DNA from: Bacillota bacterium
Lineage (GTDB): Bacteria; Bacillota; Limnochordia; JAAZLZ01
Reading direction: 5' to 3'
DNA length: 64,000 bases
Assembly (NCBI GenBank): GCA_012521755.1
Contig: JAAYLV010000001.1
Location: forward strand, 2,014-66,013
Shown: positions 9,510 to 19,336 of the stretch, one piece after another
Numbering within the stretch: the stretch's first letter is position 1
How the letters are laid out: each line of letters opens with the position of its first letter
The notes under the pieces: generated by a model
Told to the model about the DNA's origin: nothing
The model's input: only the letters and a program-made list of their open reading frames with translations
Databases searched by the model: none
Translations under genes and position numbers: made by a program

Positions 9510-10130
9510 CACCAAACAGTGGGCCGGCGCAGTATTCTAGTCGGCGCGGTTGCCTTTGAAGACGGGCCTAAAAATCCGTTAAGGGCACATCGATGAAGTC
9601 CCTGGTGGTGGCCGCCGAAGCCCAGTCGGGGGCTGTTGCTGGGGGTTAAGGAAATGGGGGCGATCTACAAAGGCATGTAGGCGTTGACCCCCTTTCCGCG
9701 GAGACCCAAGTTCGTGGCTATCGGTTACGGCTTGGGTAGAACCTGCACGCGATGCATCAACTGTCTTGGCAGTACTTAGCGTTGGGTGCAGCGTAGCCTG
9801 CCCTGAGTGGGGTGGTCGGATAGCAGGGTACAAGAAGGGTTCAGCGGCCGTAGAACCTGATCTTGATTTGGACTGCTTGAAAGCCATCTTGCAAAAGGGG
9901 CTAGAAGGCAATTAGCGTCGTTGAGGAAAACTCCTAGACTGTTTCCGGTGGATGGCACGTTGGGGATTGCGATGTGAGCTAAGTGGTGATCTAGCTCTGT
10001 TCTTGGCGACAGAACAGGCAGGCCGTAAAGGGGAAACCGCCAAGATGGCAACATCTTCGGAAGGCCTGTGGGAAAACCTGCTGGACCTGAAGCCACAATC
10101 TTTACTCAGCGTGCTGCCGGCCCATACATA
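9510..10130 (+). ncRNA. ole: Candidate OLE (ornate large extremophilic) RNA; 3' boundary approximate
   Basis: About 600 nt, GC-rich, dense in inverted repeats, no credible ORF on either strand. It has its own promoter and sits between ispA and a 4-TM membrane protein followed by dxs, the canonical OLE locus in anaerobic and extremophilic Firmicutes. Confidence 0.6.
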
Positions 10131-10776
10131 CCCTAAGGAGGCGGTGTTCCTTTCCTTGGGCGATCCGAATTTTCGCTCACAGATACGGCGGTTCTTAGCC
10201 GTCGGCGTAGCGACCTTTTTTTTATCAGTGGTCATTTCACTGGGGAGTCAAACCCTTCTCACCGTCTTTACCCTCTTCCCCGCCATGATTCTGCTCCTGG
10301 TCATCGTCGGACTAGGGATCATTTTTGACATCATCGGTGTTGCTGTCACCGCCGCGCGGGAAGAGCCCTTCCACGCCATGGCCGTTGACCGGGTTTCCGG
10401 CGCACAGCACGCTGTCCGCCTCATCCGCCATGCTGACAAGGTAGCCAATTTTGCCAACGATATGGTCGGTGATGTAGCCGGCACCCTCAGCGGAGCCGTG
10501 GCAACGGCAGTGGTGATGCGCTTGCTCCTGTTGCTGCCAGGACTGAAAGAGCCGGTAGTGACCACTTTGCTGGTGGGGCTGATTGCCGCCTTGACCGTTG
10601 CCGGCAAAGCTTGCGGCAAGGTGATTGCGTTGAAATATGCTGATGATATCGTCCTTGCTGTCGGCAGGCTCCTTTATTGGTTGGAGAAGGGCACCGGGAT
10701 TGCCATCTTAGGGAAGAATAATCGACGGTCCAAGAACAACAAGGGCCGGAAGCGGAAAGGGAAACGAGGCGACTAA
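10045..10776 (+). CDS. oapA: OLE-associated protein A-like 4-TM membrane protein (true start possibly GTG 10144 or TTG 10153, after the AAGGAGG at 10135-10141)
   Basis: Four predicted TM helices and a basic Lys/Arg-rich C-terminal tail. Sits between the structured RNA and dxs. Confidence 0.55.
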   Translation: MATSSEGLWENLLDLKPQSLLSVLPAHTYPKEAVFLSLGDPNFRSQIRRFLAVGVATFFLSVVISLGSQTLLTVFTLFPAMILLLVIVGLGIIFDIIGVAVTAAREEPFHAMAVDRVSGAQHAVRLIRHADKVANFANDMVGDVAGTLSGAVATAVVMRLLLLLPGLKEPVVTTLLVGLIAALTVAGKACGKVIALKYADDIVLAVGRLLYWLEKGTGIAILGKNNRRSKNNKGRKRKGKRGD

Positions 10777-10777
10777 C

Positions 10778-12628
10778 ATGGCTCGATTATTAGACGCGGT
10801 CAATTCACCCGCCGACTTGAAGGCCTTAACTTCCAGCCAGCTGAACCAGCTGGCGGAGGAAATACGGCAGGAGATCATCAGCACTGTCTCCTCTTGCGGG
10901 GGGCACTTGGCGGCCAATCTCGGCGTAGTAGAATTGACGATTGCCCTCCACAGCATTCTCGACAGTCCCCGGGACAAGATCATATGGGATGTGGGGCACC
11001 AGACTTATGCCCATAAACTCCTGACGGGACGACGGGATCGGTTTGCTTCACTCAGACAGTATGGCGGCATTAGCGGGTTTCCCCGTCGAGGGGAAAGTCT
11101 CCACGATATCTTTGGTGCCGGCCACAGCAGCACCTCCATCTCCGCGGCGTTGGGCCTAGCCGAGGCCCGGGACCTGTCCGGGGAAGATTACCGCGTGGTA
11201 GCCGTCATCGGTGATGGCGCCCTGGGGGCAGGACTCGCCTTTGAAGCCCTAAATCACGCTGGACACCGGGGAACGGATCTACTGGTGATCCTAAATGACA
11301 ATGAAATGTCTATTGACAAGAACGTTGGGGCCCTTGCCCGCTATCTTACCCAGCTGCGGATGGACCCCACTTTGTATAAGGCAAGGACAGAGCTGGAAAA
11401 CTTGCTGAAGCAAATCCCTGCCTTTGGTGGGATTGTCCACCGAGTTGTCGACAAACTCAAGGACGCCCTAAAGCAGGTCCTTGTCCCAGGGATGTTTTTT
11501 GAAGAGCTGGGGTTCTCTTATTACGGACCATTGAACGGCCATGACATCGGGTTGTTAAGATGGGGGCTACGGGACGCCTTGGCCATGAAAGGTCCGGTGC
11601 TCTTGCATGTGGTGACCACTAAGGGCAAGGGACATCCTTTAGCGGAGCGCAATCCCAAACGATACCATGGCATCGCGGCCGCATCATCTGGCGATAATGG
11701 CCGGTCTAATAGTCAGGTCTTTGGCGAAATGCTCTGTCGGCTGGCGAAGGAGGACGACCGGATTGTGGCCGTTACCGCCGCGATGGCGGAAGGGACGGGC
11801 TTGAGCCGATTCCAGGAACAGTTTCCCGATCGCTTCTTCGATGTGGGCATTGCCGAACAGCATGCCCTGGTGTTGGCGGCAGGACTGGCCGTCGGGGGGA
11901 AGCGGCCGGTCGTAGCTATGTACTCAACTTTCCTGCAGAGGGGATACGACCAGCTCATCCATGACATTTGCCTGCAGGAGCTGCCGGTGGTATTGGCCAT
12001 CGACCGAAGCGGTCTAGTCGGAGAAGACGGTCCCACCCACCACGGAGCCTTCGATCTATCCTTCCTGCGGATTATCCCTGGTCTGGTCATCATGGCGCCT
12101 AAGGACGGGAAGGAACTGGAAGACATGTTAGCCTGGGCCGTTACCCATGAAGGCCCCGTCGCCATTTGCTACCCTCGCGGGAGTCTACCTCCCCTCGGAC
12201 ATGAAGAGCCTATCCTCCTCGGCCGGGGGCAAAGGCTGCGGACGGGGAAGGACCTCAATTTCATTACCATCGGCTCCATGGTAGGACCTTGTCAGGGGGC
12301 AGCCGAACTCCTGGCCCGGCGAGGCATCGATGCGGGGGTGGTCAATGCCCGTTTCGTCAAACCGCTCGATGTGGACTTGATTGAGAATACGCCGGGCTAT
12401 CTGATTACCGTTGAAGAGAACGTCTTAATGGGCGGATTTGGCAGCGCCGTCCGGGAATTCCTCCCCGATGGCAGGCTCATCGGTTGCATCGGCCTGCCTG
12501 ATGTTTTTGTTGAGCACGGACCTTGCCCTGTTCTCCACGAAAAGTATGGGCTGACGCCGGAGGCGATTAGCGCCTATGCCCAAAAGGCCTTTTCTCTCGC
12601 CAGGGAGGGGAGGAAGTCCCTTGGCTAA
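10778..12628 (+). CDS. dxs: 1-deoxy-D-xylulose-5-phosphate synthase
   Basis: 616 aa, TPP-dependent transketolase-like (GHSSTSISAALG, GDGALGAG motifs). Confidence 0.95.
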   Translation: MARLLDAVNSPADLKALTSSQLNQLAEEIRQEIISTVSSCGGHLAANLGVVELTIALHSILDSPRDKIIWDVGHQTYAHKLLTGRRDRFASLRQYGGISGFPRRGESLHDIFGAGHSSTSISAALGLAEARDLSGEDYRVVAVIGDGALGAGLAFEALNHAGHRGTDLLVILNDNEMSIDKNVGALARYLTQLRMDPTLYKARTELENLLKQIPAFGGIVHRVVDKLKDALKQVLVPGMFFEELGFSYYGPLNGHDIGLLRWGLRDALAMKGPVLLHVVTTKGKGHPLAERNPKRYHGIAAASSGDNGRSNSQVFGEMLCRLAKEDDRIVAVTAAMAEGTGLSRFQEQFPDRFFDVGIAEQHALVLAAGLAVGGKRPVVAMYSTFLQRGYDQLIHDICLQELPVVLAIDRSGLVGEDGPTHHGAFDLSFLRIIPGLVIMAPKDGKELEDMLAWAVTHEGPVAICYPRGSLPPLGHEEPILLGRGQRLRTGKDLNFITIGSMVGPCQGAAELLARRGIDAGVVNARFVKPLDVDLIENTPGYLITVEENVLMGGFGSAVREFLPDGRLIGCIGLPDVFVEHGPCPVLHEKYGLTPEAISAYAQKAFSLAREGRKSLG

Positions 12629-13427
12629 GGTTCGACTCGACCAGCTTCTCATCCAGCGCTCTTTAGCCCCCAGTCGGCAGCGGGCCCAAGGGATGATCAT
12701 GGCGGGCATTGTCTACGTTGATGGCCATAGGGTGACCAAGCCCGGCAGCAAGTTTCCCCCCGAGGTGGATATCGAGGTGAAGGGGCAGGATCTTCCCTAT
12801 GTCAGCAGGGGTGGATTAAAGCTGGAGAAGGCCCTGGACCTGTGGCGGATCGATGTGATGGACAAAGTCGTTGTGGATGTGGGCGCCTCCACGGGGGGGT
12901 TTACCGATTGCCTCTTGCAGCGCGGCGCGGGCAAGGTCTACGCAATCGATGTGGGCTACGGACAGCTTGCTTGGTCGCTGCGGACCGATCCGCGGGTTGT
13001 CGTGATGGAAAGGACCAATATCCGCCATATGAATCCGGGGGATCTTGACGAACCTCCGGATTTGGCAACTGTGGACGTCTCTTTCATTTCCATCCGGAAA
13101 TTCCTGGATGTTCTCTGGAACCTGTTGACCCCCGATGGTGAAGTCATTGCCCTGGTGAAACCCCAGTTTGAAGCTGGTCGGGAGCAAGTGGGGAAGAAAG
13201 GGATCGTTCGCGATCCTGCGGTTCATCGGCACGTCTTGCTGGAAGTTGCCCAGGCGGCCGCGGCCTTGGGCTGGCAGACAGCAGGTCTAACCTATTCACC
13301 CATCACCGGTCCGGAGGGGAACATTGAATTTTTGATCTACTGGCGAAAGCACGGGGCTGCAACGATCTTGCTAGAGGAAGAAATCAAGCGGGTAGTTGAT
13401 GATGCCCATCGCTGGTTGATGGGATAG
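12621..13427 (+). CDS. tlyA: TlyA family rRNA (cytidine-2'-O)-methyltransferase / hemolysin A-like
   Basis: N-terminal S4 domain (RLDQLLIQRSLAPSRQRAQGMIMAGIVYVDG) and FtsJ-like methyltransferase (VVDVGASTGGFTD). TTG start overlapping the dxs stop. Confidence 0.85.
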   Translation: MAKVRLDQLLIQRSLAPSRQRAQGMIMAGIVYVDGHRVTKPGSKFPPEVDIEVKGQDLPYVSRGGLKLEKALDLWRIDVMDKVVVDVGASTGGFTDCLLQRGAGKVYAIDVGYGQLAWSLRTDPRVVVMERTNIRHMNPGDLDEPPDLATVDVSFISIRKFLDVLWNLLTPDGEVIALVKPQFEAGREQVGKKGIVRDPAVHRHVLLEVAQAAAALGWQTAGLTYSPITGPEGNIEFLIYWRKHGAATILLEEEIKRVVDDAHRWLMG

Positions 13428-13488
13428 GGAAGGGGAAATTATTGGTTTGGCGAAGAATTAAATACGACGTGGGAGGTGGCGATGACGG

Positions 13489-14346
13489 GTGCAGCGGGTT
13501 GGCTTGCTTGCCCATCTTGACAAGGCGGACGCAGTGGAGGCCTCAAATAAGGTTATCCGGACCCTAAAGGAAGACGGCATCCAGGTCTACTCGCCCTTAG
13601 AGGCCATTTCGTCCTTGTCTGGGGTGGACGGGCCATTATCTGATGACCTAACCCGGGACCTAGACGTGATGATCGTCCTTGGCGGGGACGGCACCTTTCT
13701 GCGGGCAGCTAGGTTGACCGCCGGGACAGGTGTGCCAATTCTGGGAGTCAATCTTGGGCACTTAGGTTTCTTGACGGAGCTGGAGATTGGTGAGCTGGAT
13801 GAAGGTCTGCAGCTCCTGCTCCAGGGCAAGTACCAGGTGGAAGAGCGGATGATGCTGCGGGTTGAGCTGAAGCGGCGGAACCAGTGCCTTGGGGTGTTCC
13901 TCGCCTTGAACGATGCGGTGATCACTAGAGGCCCCGTTGCCCGGATCATCACCCTGGAGACCACTGTTGACGATCAGTTGGTAGGCAATTTTGCGGCGGA
14001 CGGAATGATTATCGCCACCCCTACCGGTTCATCAGCTTACAACCTGTCGGCCGGTGGGCCGGTAGTCAATTCGCAGCTGGCTGCCCTGATCATCACTCCC
14101 ATTTGTCCCCACACCTTGACCGCCACCCGCTCAGTCCTTGCCTTGCCGCAAGAGCGGGTGAGGGTAAAGGTTAAAGCAATGCATACCGATATTGTCCTCA
14201 CCGTCGATGGACGTTGTGAGGCCACCTTGGAGCCTGAAGATGAGATCTGGGTTTGTCGGGCGGAGGAGACTACGAGGGTAATAAAAATGATGGGACGGGG
14301 CTTTTATGAGGTGTTGCGCAATCGCTTAGCCCATCCCGAAGTGTAG
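13489..14346 (+). CDS. nadK: NAD kinase
   Basis: GGDGTFL motif and the NE/DDxxTPTGSSAYNLSAGGP motif. Confidence 0.9.
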   Translation: MQRVGLLAHLDKADAVEASNKVIRTLKEDGIQVYSPLEAISSLSGVDGPLSDDLTRDLDVMIVLGGDGTFLRAARLTAGTGVPILGVNLGHLGFLTELEIGELDEGLQLLLQGKYQVEERMMLRVELKRRNQCLGVFLALNDAVITRGPVARIITLETTVDDQLVGNFAADGMIIATPTGSSAYNLSAGGPVVNSQLAALIITPICPHTLTATRSVLALPQERVRVKVKAMHTDIVLTVDGRCEATLEPEDEIWVCRAEETTRVIKMMGRGFYEVLRNRLAHPEV

Positions 14347-14356
14347 AGGCTGATCT

Positions 14357-14827
14357 ATGAAGAACGTTCGTCAAGCAGCCATGCTCAACATCATTCGATC
14401 GAAGGCCATCGCCACCCAGACGGAATTAGCGGAAGAATTGCGCAAGCGGGGAATTTCTGTTACCCAGGCCACCATTTCCCGGGATATCAAAGAGTTGGGG
14501 CTGATCAAGGTAGCCGATGAAGGGGGCAACTATCGCTATGTACGGCCCCAGCGGCTGGGAGCGTCCGATGTCTTGCGCCGGGCCCAGCGGGCGTTTAGTG
14601 ATTATGTGGTCGATGTTGATTATGCGGGGAACTTGATTGTCATCAAGACCCTGCCCGGTACAGCCCAGGCAGTTGCCGCTGCTTTAGATGACCTGGCTTG
14701 GCCGGAAGTTGTCGGCACCATTGGCGGGGATGATGCCATCCTGGTCATCGTCCGGCAAGGGGAAGCAAGCCCCCTCGATGGTGCCGTCAAAGAAGTGCTC
14801 GCCCGCCTGGGACAGCTGCGCAAGTAG
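14357..14827 (+). CDS. argR: Arginine repressor
   Basis: 156 aa winged-helix plus arginine-binding domain (ATISRDIKELGL, GTIGGDDAILVI). Confidence 0.9.
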   Translation: MKNVRQAAMLNIIRSKAIATQTELAEELRKRGISVTQATISRDIKELGLIKVADEGGNYRYVRPQRLGASDVLRRAQRAFSDYVVDVDYAGNLIVIKTLPGTAQAVAAALDDLAWPEVVGTIGGDDAILVIVRQGEASPLDGAVKEVLARLGQLRK

Positions 14828-14842
14828 CCGGGGGGACAAAGG

Positions 14843-16555
14843 ATGCTAAGGGAACTCCACATACGCAACTACGCCCTTATCGAGCGCCTCGAGTGCCAGT
14901 TCATGCCGGGACTGAACATTGTGACGGGGGAGACTGGCGCCGGCAAATCGATCATCATCGATGCGGTTTGCACCGTCCTCGGCGGGCGGGCGACCGTCGA
15001 CAGCATCAAGGGCGGAGCAGAGGGCGCTTTAGTGGAGGCTTGCTTCGAAGTAGAACCAGATTCGCCCGTTGGTAGACTTTGTACCGAGCTCGGTTATCCA
15101 CCAGAGGATGGACTCCTGATCCTCACCCGGGAAGTGAACCGCAGCGGCAGGCACCGGTGTCGCTTAAATGGCCGGGTGGTTCCCTTGCATATCCTCGCCG
15201 ATGTGGGACAAGCCCTAGTCGATATCCATGGACAACATGATCACCAGTCGCTGTTGCGCGCCGAGACTCACGGGGACTTTCTCGACGCCTTCATTGGCGA
15301 TGAGGCTTTGTCCCTGCGCCGGCGGCTTGAGGCAAGGCTCGTGGAGTACCGGCAAATAGTCGACAGGCTGCATAAGTGGCAAGACATGCTAGCTGGCCGG
15401 GCAAGGGATCGGGAGCTGCTCCTCCATCAAGTGGATGAGATCAGGGGGGCTCGTCTTCAGCCTGGTGAGGATGAAAGACTGGAACAAGAAAGGCGCGTTT
15501 TGCAGAATGCCCACGCCCTTTATGAAGGGGTGATGGGCGCTTACGAGATCTTGTATGGAAGCCAGTTGTCGGCCGCCGGTCTCCTTGGCCAGGGGACGGC
15601 AACCCTGGGAAGTCTAGTCCGGATGGATGAGTCTTTAACCCCACTTTGGGAGAGTCTCCAGTCGAGCCAGATCCTCGTCCAGGAAATCGCCAGGGAGCTT
15701 CGCACCTACGGGGAGGCCATTGAAGCGCGGCCGGGGAGGCTTGAAGAAGTCGAAGAGCGACTGGAGCTAATCAACCATTTGAAGCGAAAGTATGGTCGAA
15801 CCATTGAGGAAATCATCGCCAAAGAGGCGGAGATGGCCGCGGCCCTGGAACTGGAAGAAAAGCAGGACGAAGAGCACAAGGAACTTCAGGCTCGCGCCGA
15901 AACCTTGCGAGGGGAACTGAAAAGATTGGCGGGGGAGCTGTCCGCTCTTCGGCGATCCCATGCGGCGCGCCTGGAAGAGGCGGTTGGGCGGGAGCTTGAG
16001 GAGCTCAATATGCCTCGGGCCCGGTTTCAGGTGGCCTTCTTGGCCAATGAGGGCGGCACCTCCCTGGGCGATGGAGTGCGAATCACTGGGCGAGGGGCCG
16101 AACGCATCGAGTTTCTCATCGCTCCCAACCAGGGGGAAGAACCCAAGCCCCTCATCCGGATCGCTTCCGGCGGTGAGATGTCCCGGATCATGTTGGCGCT
16201 AAAGACTATTCTAGCCAAAGGCGATCACGTCTCCACCTTGATCTTCGATGAGGTCGATGCGGGGATCGGCGGCCATACCGCGGACAAGGTCGCCGTCAGA
16301 TTGGCGAGACTAGCCAGGAATCGACAGGTCCTGGTGGTTACCCATCTAGCCCAGGTAGCCAGCATGGCCGACAGCCATTATCGGGTGCAAAAGGAACAGT
16401 CTGATGGTACGACCAAAGTGAATTTGACCAGACTCGAGAAGGATGAAGCCCTCGAAGAACTGGCCCGGATGCTCGGCGGGAACGAGGTCACTGCCCGACA
16501 GCACGCGCGGGAGCTCTTAAACCGGGCCGGCCGCATCAAACAACTGGCAGGATGA
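14843..16555 (+). CDS. recN: DNA repair protein RecN
   Basis: 570 aa SMC-like protein with Walker A GETGAGKSIIIDA, coiled coil and C-terminal signature. Confidence 0.95.
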   Translation: MLRELHIRNYALIERLECQFMPGLNIVTGETGAGKSIIIDAVCTVLGGRATVDSIKGGAEGALVEACFEVEPDSPVGRLCTELGYPPEDGLLILTREVNRSGRHRCRLNGRVVPLHILADVGQALVDIHGQHDHQSLLRAETHGDFLDAFIGDEALSLRRRLEARLVEYRQIVDRLHKWQDMLAGRARDRELLLHQVDEIRGARLQPGEDERLEQERRVLQNAHALYEGVMGAYEILYGSQLSAAGLLGQGTATLGSLVRMDESLTPLWESLQSSQILVQEIARELRTYGEAIEARPGRLEEVEERLELINHLKRKYGRTIEEIIAKEAEMAAALELEEKQDEEHKELQARAETLRGELKRLAGELSALRRSHAARLEEAVGRELEELNMPRARFQVAFLANEGGTSLGDGVRITGRGAERIEFLIAPNQGEEPKPLIRIASGGEMSRIMLALKTILAKGDHVSTLIFDEVDAGIGGHTADKVAVRLARLARNRQVLVVTHLAQVASMADSHYRVQKEQSDGTTKVNLTRLEKDEALEELARMLGGNEVTARQHARELLNRAGRIKQLAG

Positions 16556-16632
16556 GCAGGGTCCCTGCAAGGCCCCTGCTGACATAAAAACTACTCTCCA
16601 CGGGCATGATAGCTCTAGGCGGATTCGCCTTT

Positions 16633-16657
16633 TTTTATGTCATGGGCTGTGGGGAGT
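16633..16657 (+). terminator. Rho-independent terminator after recN
   Basis: aggcggattcgcc followed by ttttttt. Confidence 0.5.
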
Positions 16658-16663
16658 AGATGA

Positions 16664-17959
16664 ATGGTGCGGCGAAACAGATTTCTTACTTATCTGTGGT
16701 GGGGGCTTCTTATTTGTTTCTTCCTCATCGGCATCCAGGTGCATCTGTTAAATGCCTTGCCTAAACATTTGCGTGTTCTTCCTGGGGACAGCCTGAACCT
16801 TCGCCTGTTCCCGCCTTACACCCTTGTCTCTCCTGCGGAAAAGGACTTCATTCAAATCTCCGAAGGAAATCTAGAAATTGGTCCGACCAGCCCCGATCAG
16901 GCCAGTCTGCTCATCAGCCTGTGGGGAATGCCGGTTCGGGAGATGGTGGTGGAGGTCGTCCCGGAGCTGAAGGTCATGCCGGGGGGACAGGCAATCGGGG
17001 TCTTGTTGGCCCCCGCGGGCTTGATTGTGGTGGATCATATACCTCTTCTCGGCACCGATGGCAAAGAGTACTATCCCGCCCAGGAAGCAGGGATTCGGCA
17101 TGGTGACATCCTGCTGAAATTAAACAATGCGACCATCTACAATCCTGACCAGTTGCGGTTCATGGTCGAGCGATCCGGGGCTTTAGGTCAGGAACTGGAT
17201 GTTGAGCTGCTGCGCAATGGACAGGTGATTCGGACCCGCATCAGGCCGGTTGAGGTCGGCAGAAATGGAGGGCGCAGTCCGAGCTTCCTCTTGGGGCTGT
17301 GGCTGGAGGATCCCGCTGCCGGTGTGGGGACTCTAACCTTCTATGATGAGCGGACAGGGCGGTACGGTGCTCTGGGCCACATGATCACCGATGCGGCTAA
17401 TCGTCGGATTCAGGTTAACCGGGGTCATATAGTCCAAGCTCAGATCTCGGGGGTGCAAACGGGCCTGCGGGGACGACCGGGGGAGAAAATTGGCATCTTC
17501 CAAGATGAACGCGATGTGGTTGGCACCATCGACAAGAACACCCGCTTCGGCATCTTTGGCAAGCTCCACGTCCTACCTGGCAACAACTATTATCGAGAGC
17601 CAATACCAGTTGCTTTGGCCCATCAAGTCAAAAAAGGTCCGGCGGAAATCCTGACAGTGTTGGAAGGCGAAAAGGTGGAGCGCTTCGCTGTGGAGATCAT
17701 CAAAGTCAATAGGCAGCGGCGGCCTGATGATAAGGGGCTTGTCATCCAGATAACTGACAGCCGTCTCCTAGAGCGAACGGGCGGCATCATTCAAGGGATG
17801 AGCGGCAGTCCCATCATTCAAGATGGACGTCTAGTCGGAGCGGTCACCCATGTCTTCATCAGCGATCCAACTAGGGGATTTGGCATCATGGCCGAGTGGA
17901 TGCTATACGAATCCGGCATTGGCGACACGCAGATAGGCAATCCTCCCAGGACAGCTTGA
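16664..17959 (+). CDS. spoIVB: SpoIVB peptidase (S55) with PDZ domain
   Basis: 431 aa with N-terminal TM, PDZ domain and serine peptidase domain (GTLTFYDERTGRYGALGH, ITDSRLLERTGGIIQGMSGSPI). Confidence 0.9.
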   Translation: MVRRNRFLTYLWWGLLICFFLIGIQVHLLNALPKHLRVLPGDSLNLRLFPPYTLVSPAEKDFIQISEGNLEIGPTSPDQASLLISLWGMPVREMVVEVVPELKVMPGGQAIGVLLAPAGLIVVDHIPLLGTDGKEYYPAQEAGIRHGDILLKLNNATIYNPDQLRFMVERSGALGQELDVELLRNGQVIRTRIRPVEVGRNGGRSPSFLLGLWLEDPAAGVGTLTFYDERTGRYGALGHMITDAANRRIQVNRGHIVQAQISGVQTGLRGRPGEKIGIFQDERDVVGTIDKNTRFGIFGKLHVLPGNNYYREPIPVALAHQVKKGPAEILTVLEGEKVERFAVEIIKVNRQRRPDDKGLVIQITDSRLLERTGGIIQGMSGSPIIQDGRLVGAVTHVFISDPTRGFGIMAEWMLYESGIGDTQIGNPPRTA

Positions 17960-18295
17960 CTACTTGTGTTTCTCCCTGCCCGCGGGCTCGCTAAGCCCCA
18001 GGACGTTATCCGCGGGCAAAGTAAAGATGATCCCTTTCCCTGGTTCGTGGAATTTGCCGGCTTCGACCAGCACATCGTAAATGGGACGGTATGCGTCTCG
18101 CGGCGACACAATTAGAATGACTTCTTTAGAGGATTCAATATGTAGATTAAGGAGTTTAGGAGCTTCAAAGACTCCAGTTCCCCGTCCATACAAGATAGTC
18201 CCGCCGAGCAGGCCTGCTTCCTTGGCCTTCTCTACTAGTCCCTGAGCTTTGCCCCGCTCGACGACCGCGATAATCGCTAAGTAATCCATCGACAA
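17960..18295 (-). CDS. P-II-like (GlnB superfamily) small regulatory protein
   Basis: 111 aa with P-II-like topology (GGTILYGRGTG loop). Directly downstream of a DUF1538 membrane protein, a recurrent pairing. Confidence 0.5.
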   Translation of the reverse strand: MSMDYLAIIAVVERGKAQGLVEKAKEAGLLGGTILYGRGTGVFEAPKLLNLHIESSKEVILIVSPRDAYRPIYDVLVEAGKFHEPGKGIIFTLPADNVLGLSEPAGREKHK

Positions 18296-18415
18296 TCCTC
18301 CTAAGTCTTTGCTCGAGCAACCAATATGGGTTGGGAGCCACCGAACCTGGCAGTCATCTCTTTCTTTGTCCGGTCTGGCTCACCACCCCTGTGGTCTGGC
18401 CGGTCCGACTGACAT

Positions 18416-19123
18416 CTACAAGAACCTGCTCAAGATCCCGAGGGACAACACCGACAGGATTGTCCCCATGGATGTCAAGCCAACGATGCCGAATCCAGCG
18501 AGCAACGGGTCAGTGACCTCAAGCATGCTCGCTAATCCTATGGCCAGGGCCATGTTAATCGGGATATTAACCGGCCCGGTAGTGGCGCTGGCACAATCCA
18601 TGGCGATGGCGACGAACTGTTCCGGTGCGAGCCGAATCAAGACCAGGAATAGGATCAGAATCGGCGTGATGATGGTTCTAATTGGAATGTTGTTTAGTAT
18701 CTTCAAGATCCCCATAGCCATGCCCAAACCGAAACCAAAGGCTACAGCGTGGACCAATACATTGTAAGGGATAGCACCTACCGATATTTCTTCGACTTCC
18801 AGTGCCAGAATTCTCAGTGCCGGCTCCACCAAAGTGCCAAAGTAGCCCAGGACAAAAGCAAATAGGGCTATTGCCAGCTTATTGTCGAGGACAACCAAAT
18901 CACGTCCAAGGGAGTCGCTCATGGGCAATAAGCTCATTGACGCCCCCTTGATGAAAAAGTGCAGCCCCAAGATACTCAGGACGATGCCGCCGATGAAGGT
19001 CTTCGGGTTCTCGGGACTATGCTTAAGGAAGAATGTCTTGAAGCCGACCATGAAAAGCGTAATTGGGAGAACGGTCTTGGCTGTTCCCCACAACGGCTTT
19101 AGCTGCTCTAAGAATCCCATCAC
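18416..19123 (-). CDS. DUF1538-family integral membrane protein
   Basis: 235 aa with about 6-7 TM helices; pattern typical of DUF1538 proteins that pair with P-II-like genes. Confidence 0.5.
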   Translation of the reverse strand: MMGFLEQLKPLWGTAKTVLPITLFMVGFKTFFLKHSPENPKTFIGGIVLSILGLHFFIKGASMSLLPMSDSLGRDLVVLDNKLAIALFAFVLGYFGTLVEPALRILALEVEEISVGAIPYNVLVHAVAFGFGLGMAMGILKILNNIPIRTIITPILILFLVLIRLAPEQFVAIAMDCASATTGPVNIPINMALAIGLASMLEVTDPLLAGFGIVGLTSMGTILSVLSLGILSRFL

Positions 19124-19336
19124 TTTCCTCCTTCTATCTTCCTTAGGGACAACATATATATTCTCCTCCGAAAGGGATATCCCTTCTCCTGCCTGGACAA
19201 GCTGTTGTGAGAACTCTCGAAACCACCCATTTGTTAACAGCAGGAATGGGAATTGGGGCCACGAAGGAAGTAGTACCCCAAAATGAACTTTAATAAGCTT
19301 ACTTGGAACAAGAAGGATGGGAGAAGGTGACTGCAG

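Noticed and set aside
9480-10130. Considered RNase P RNA, tmRNA, 6S, SRP RNA or a riboswitch for the structured non-coding region after ispA
   Set aside because: None of the invariant motifs is present: RNase P GGAAAGUCCGGGC / ACAGAACCCGGCUUA; the tmRNA 5' GGGG...3' CCACCA tRNA-like ends; the SRP domain IV motif; B12, TPP, SAM, lysine or T-box boxes. At about 600 nt it is too long for most of these and fits OLE RNA by size and synteny.
18296-18415. Possible second DUF1538 gene or small ORF in the 120-bp gap between the DUF1538 and P-II-like genes
   Set aside because: No ORF of meaningful length with an RBS; the gap is probably just an intercistronic spacer.
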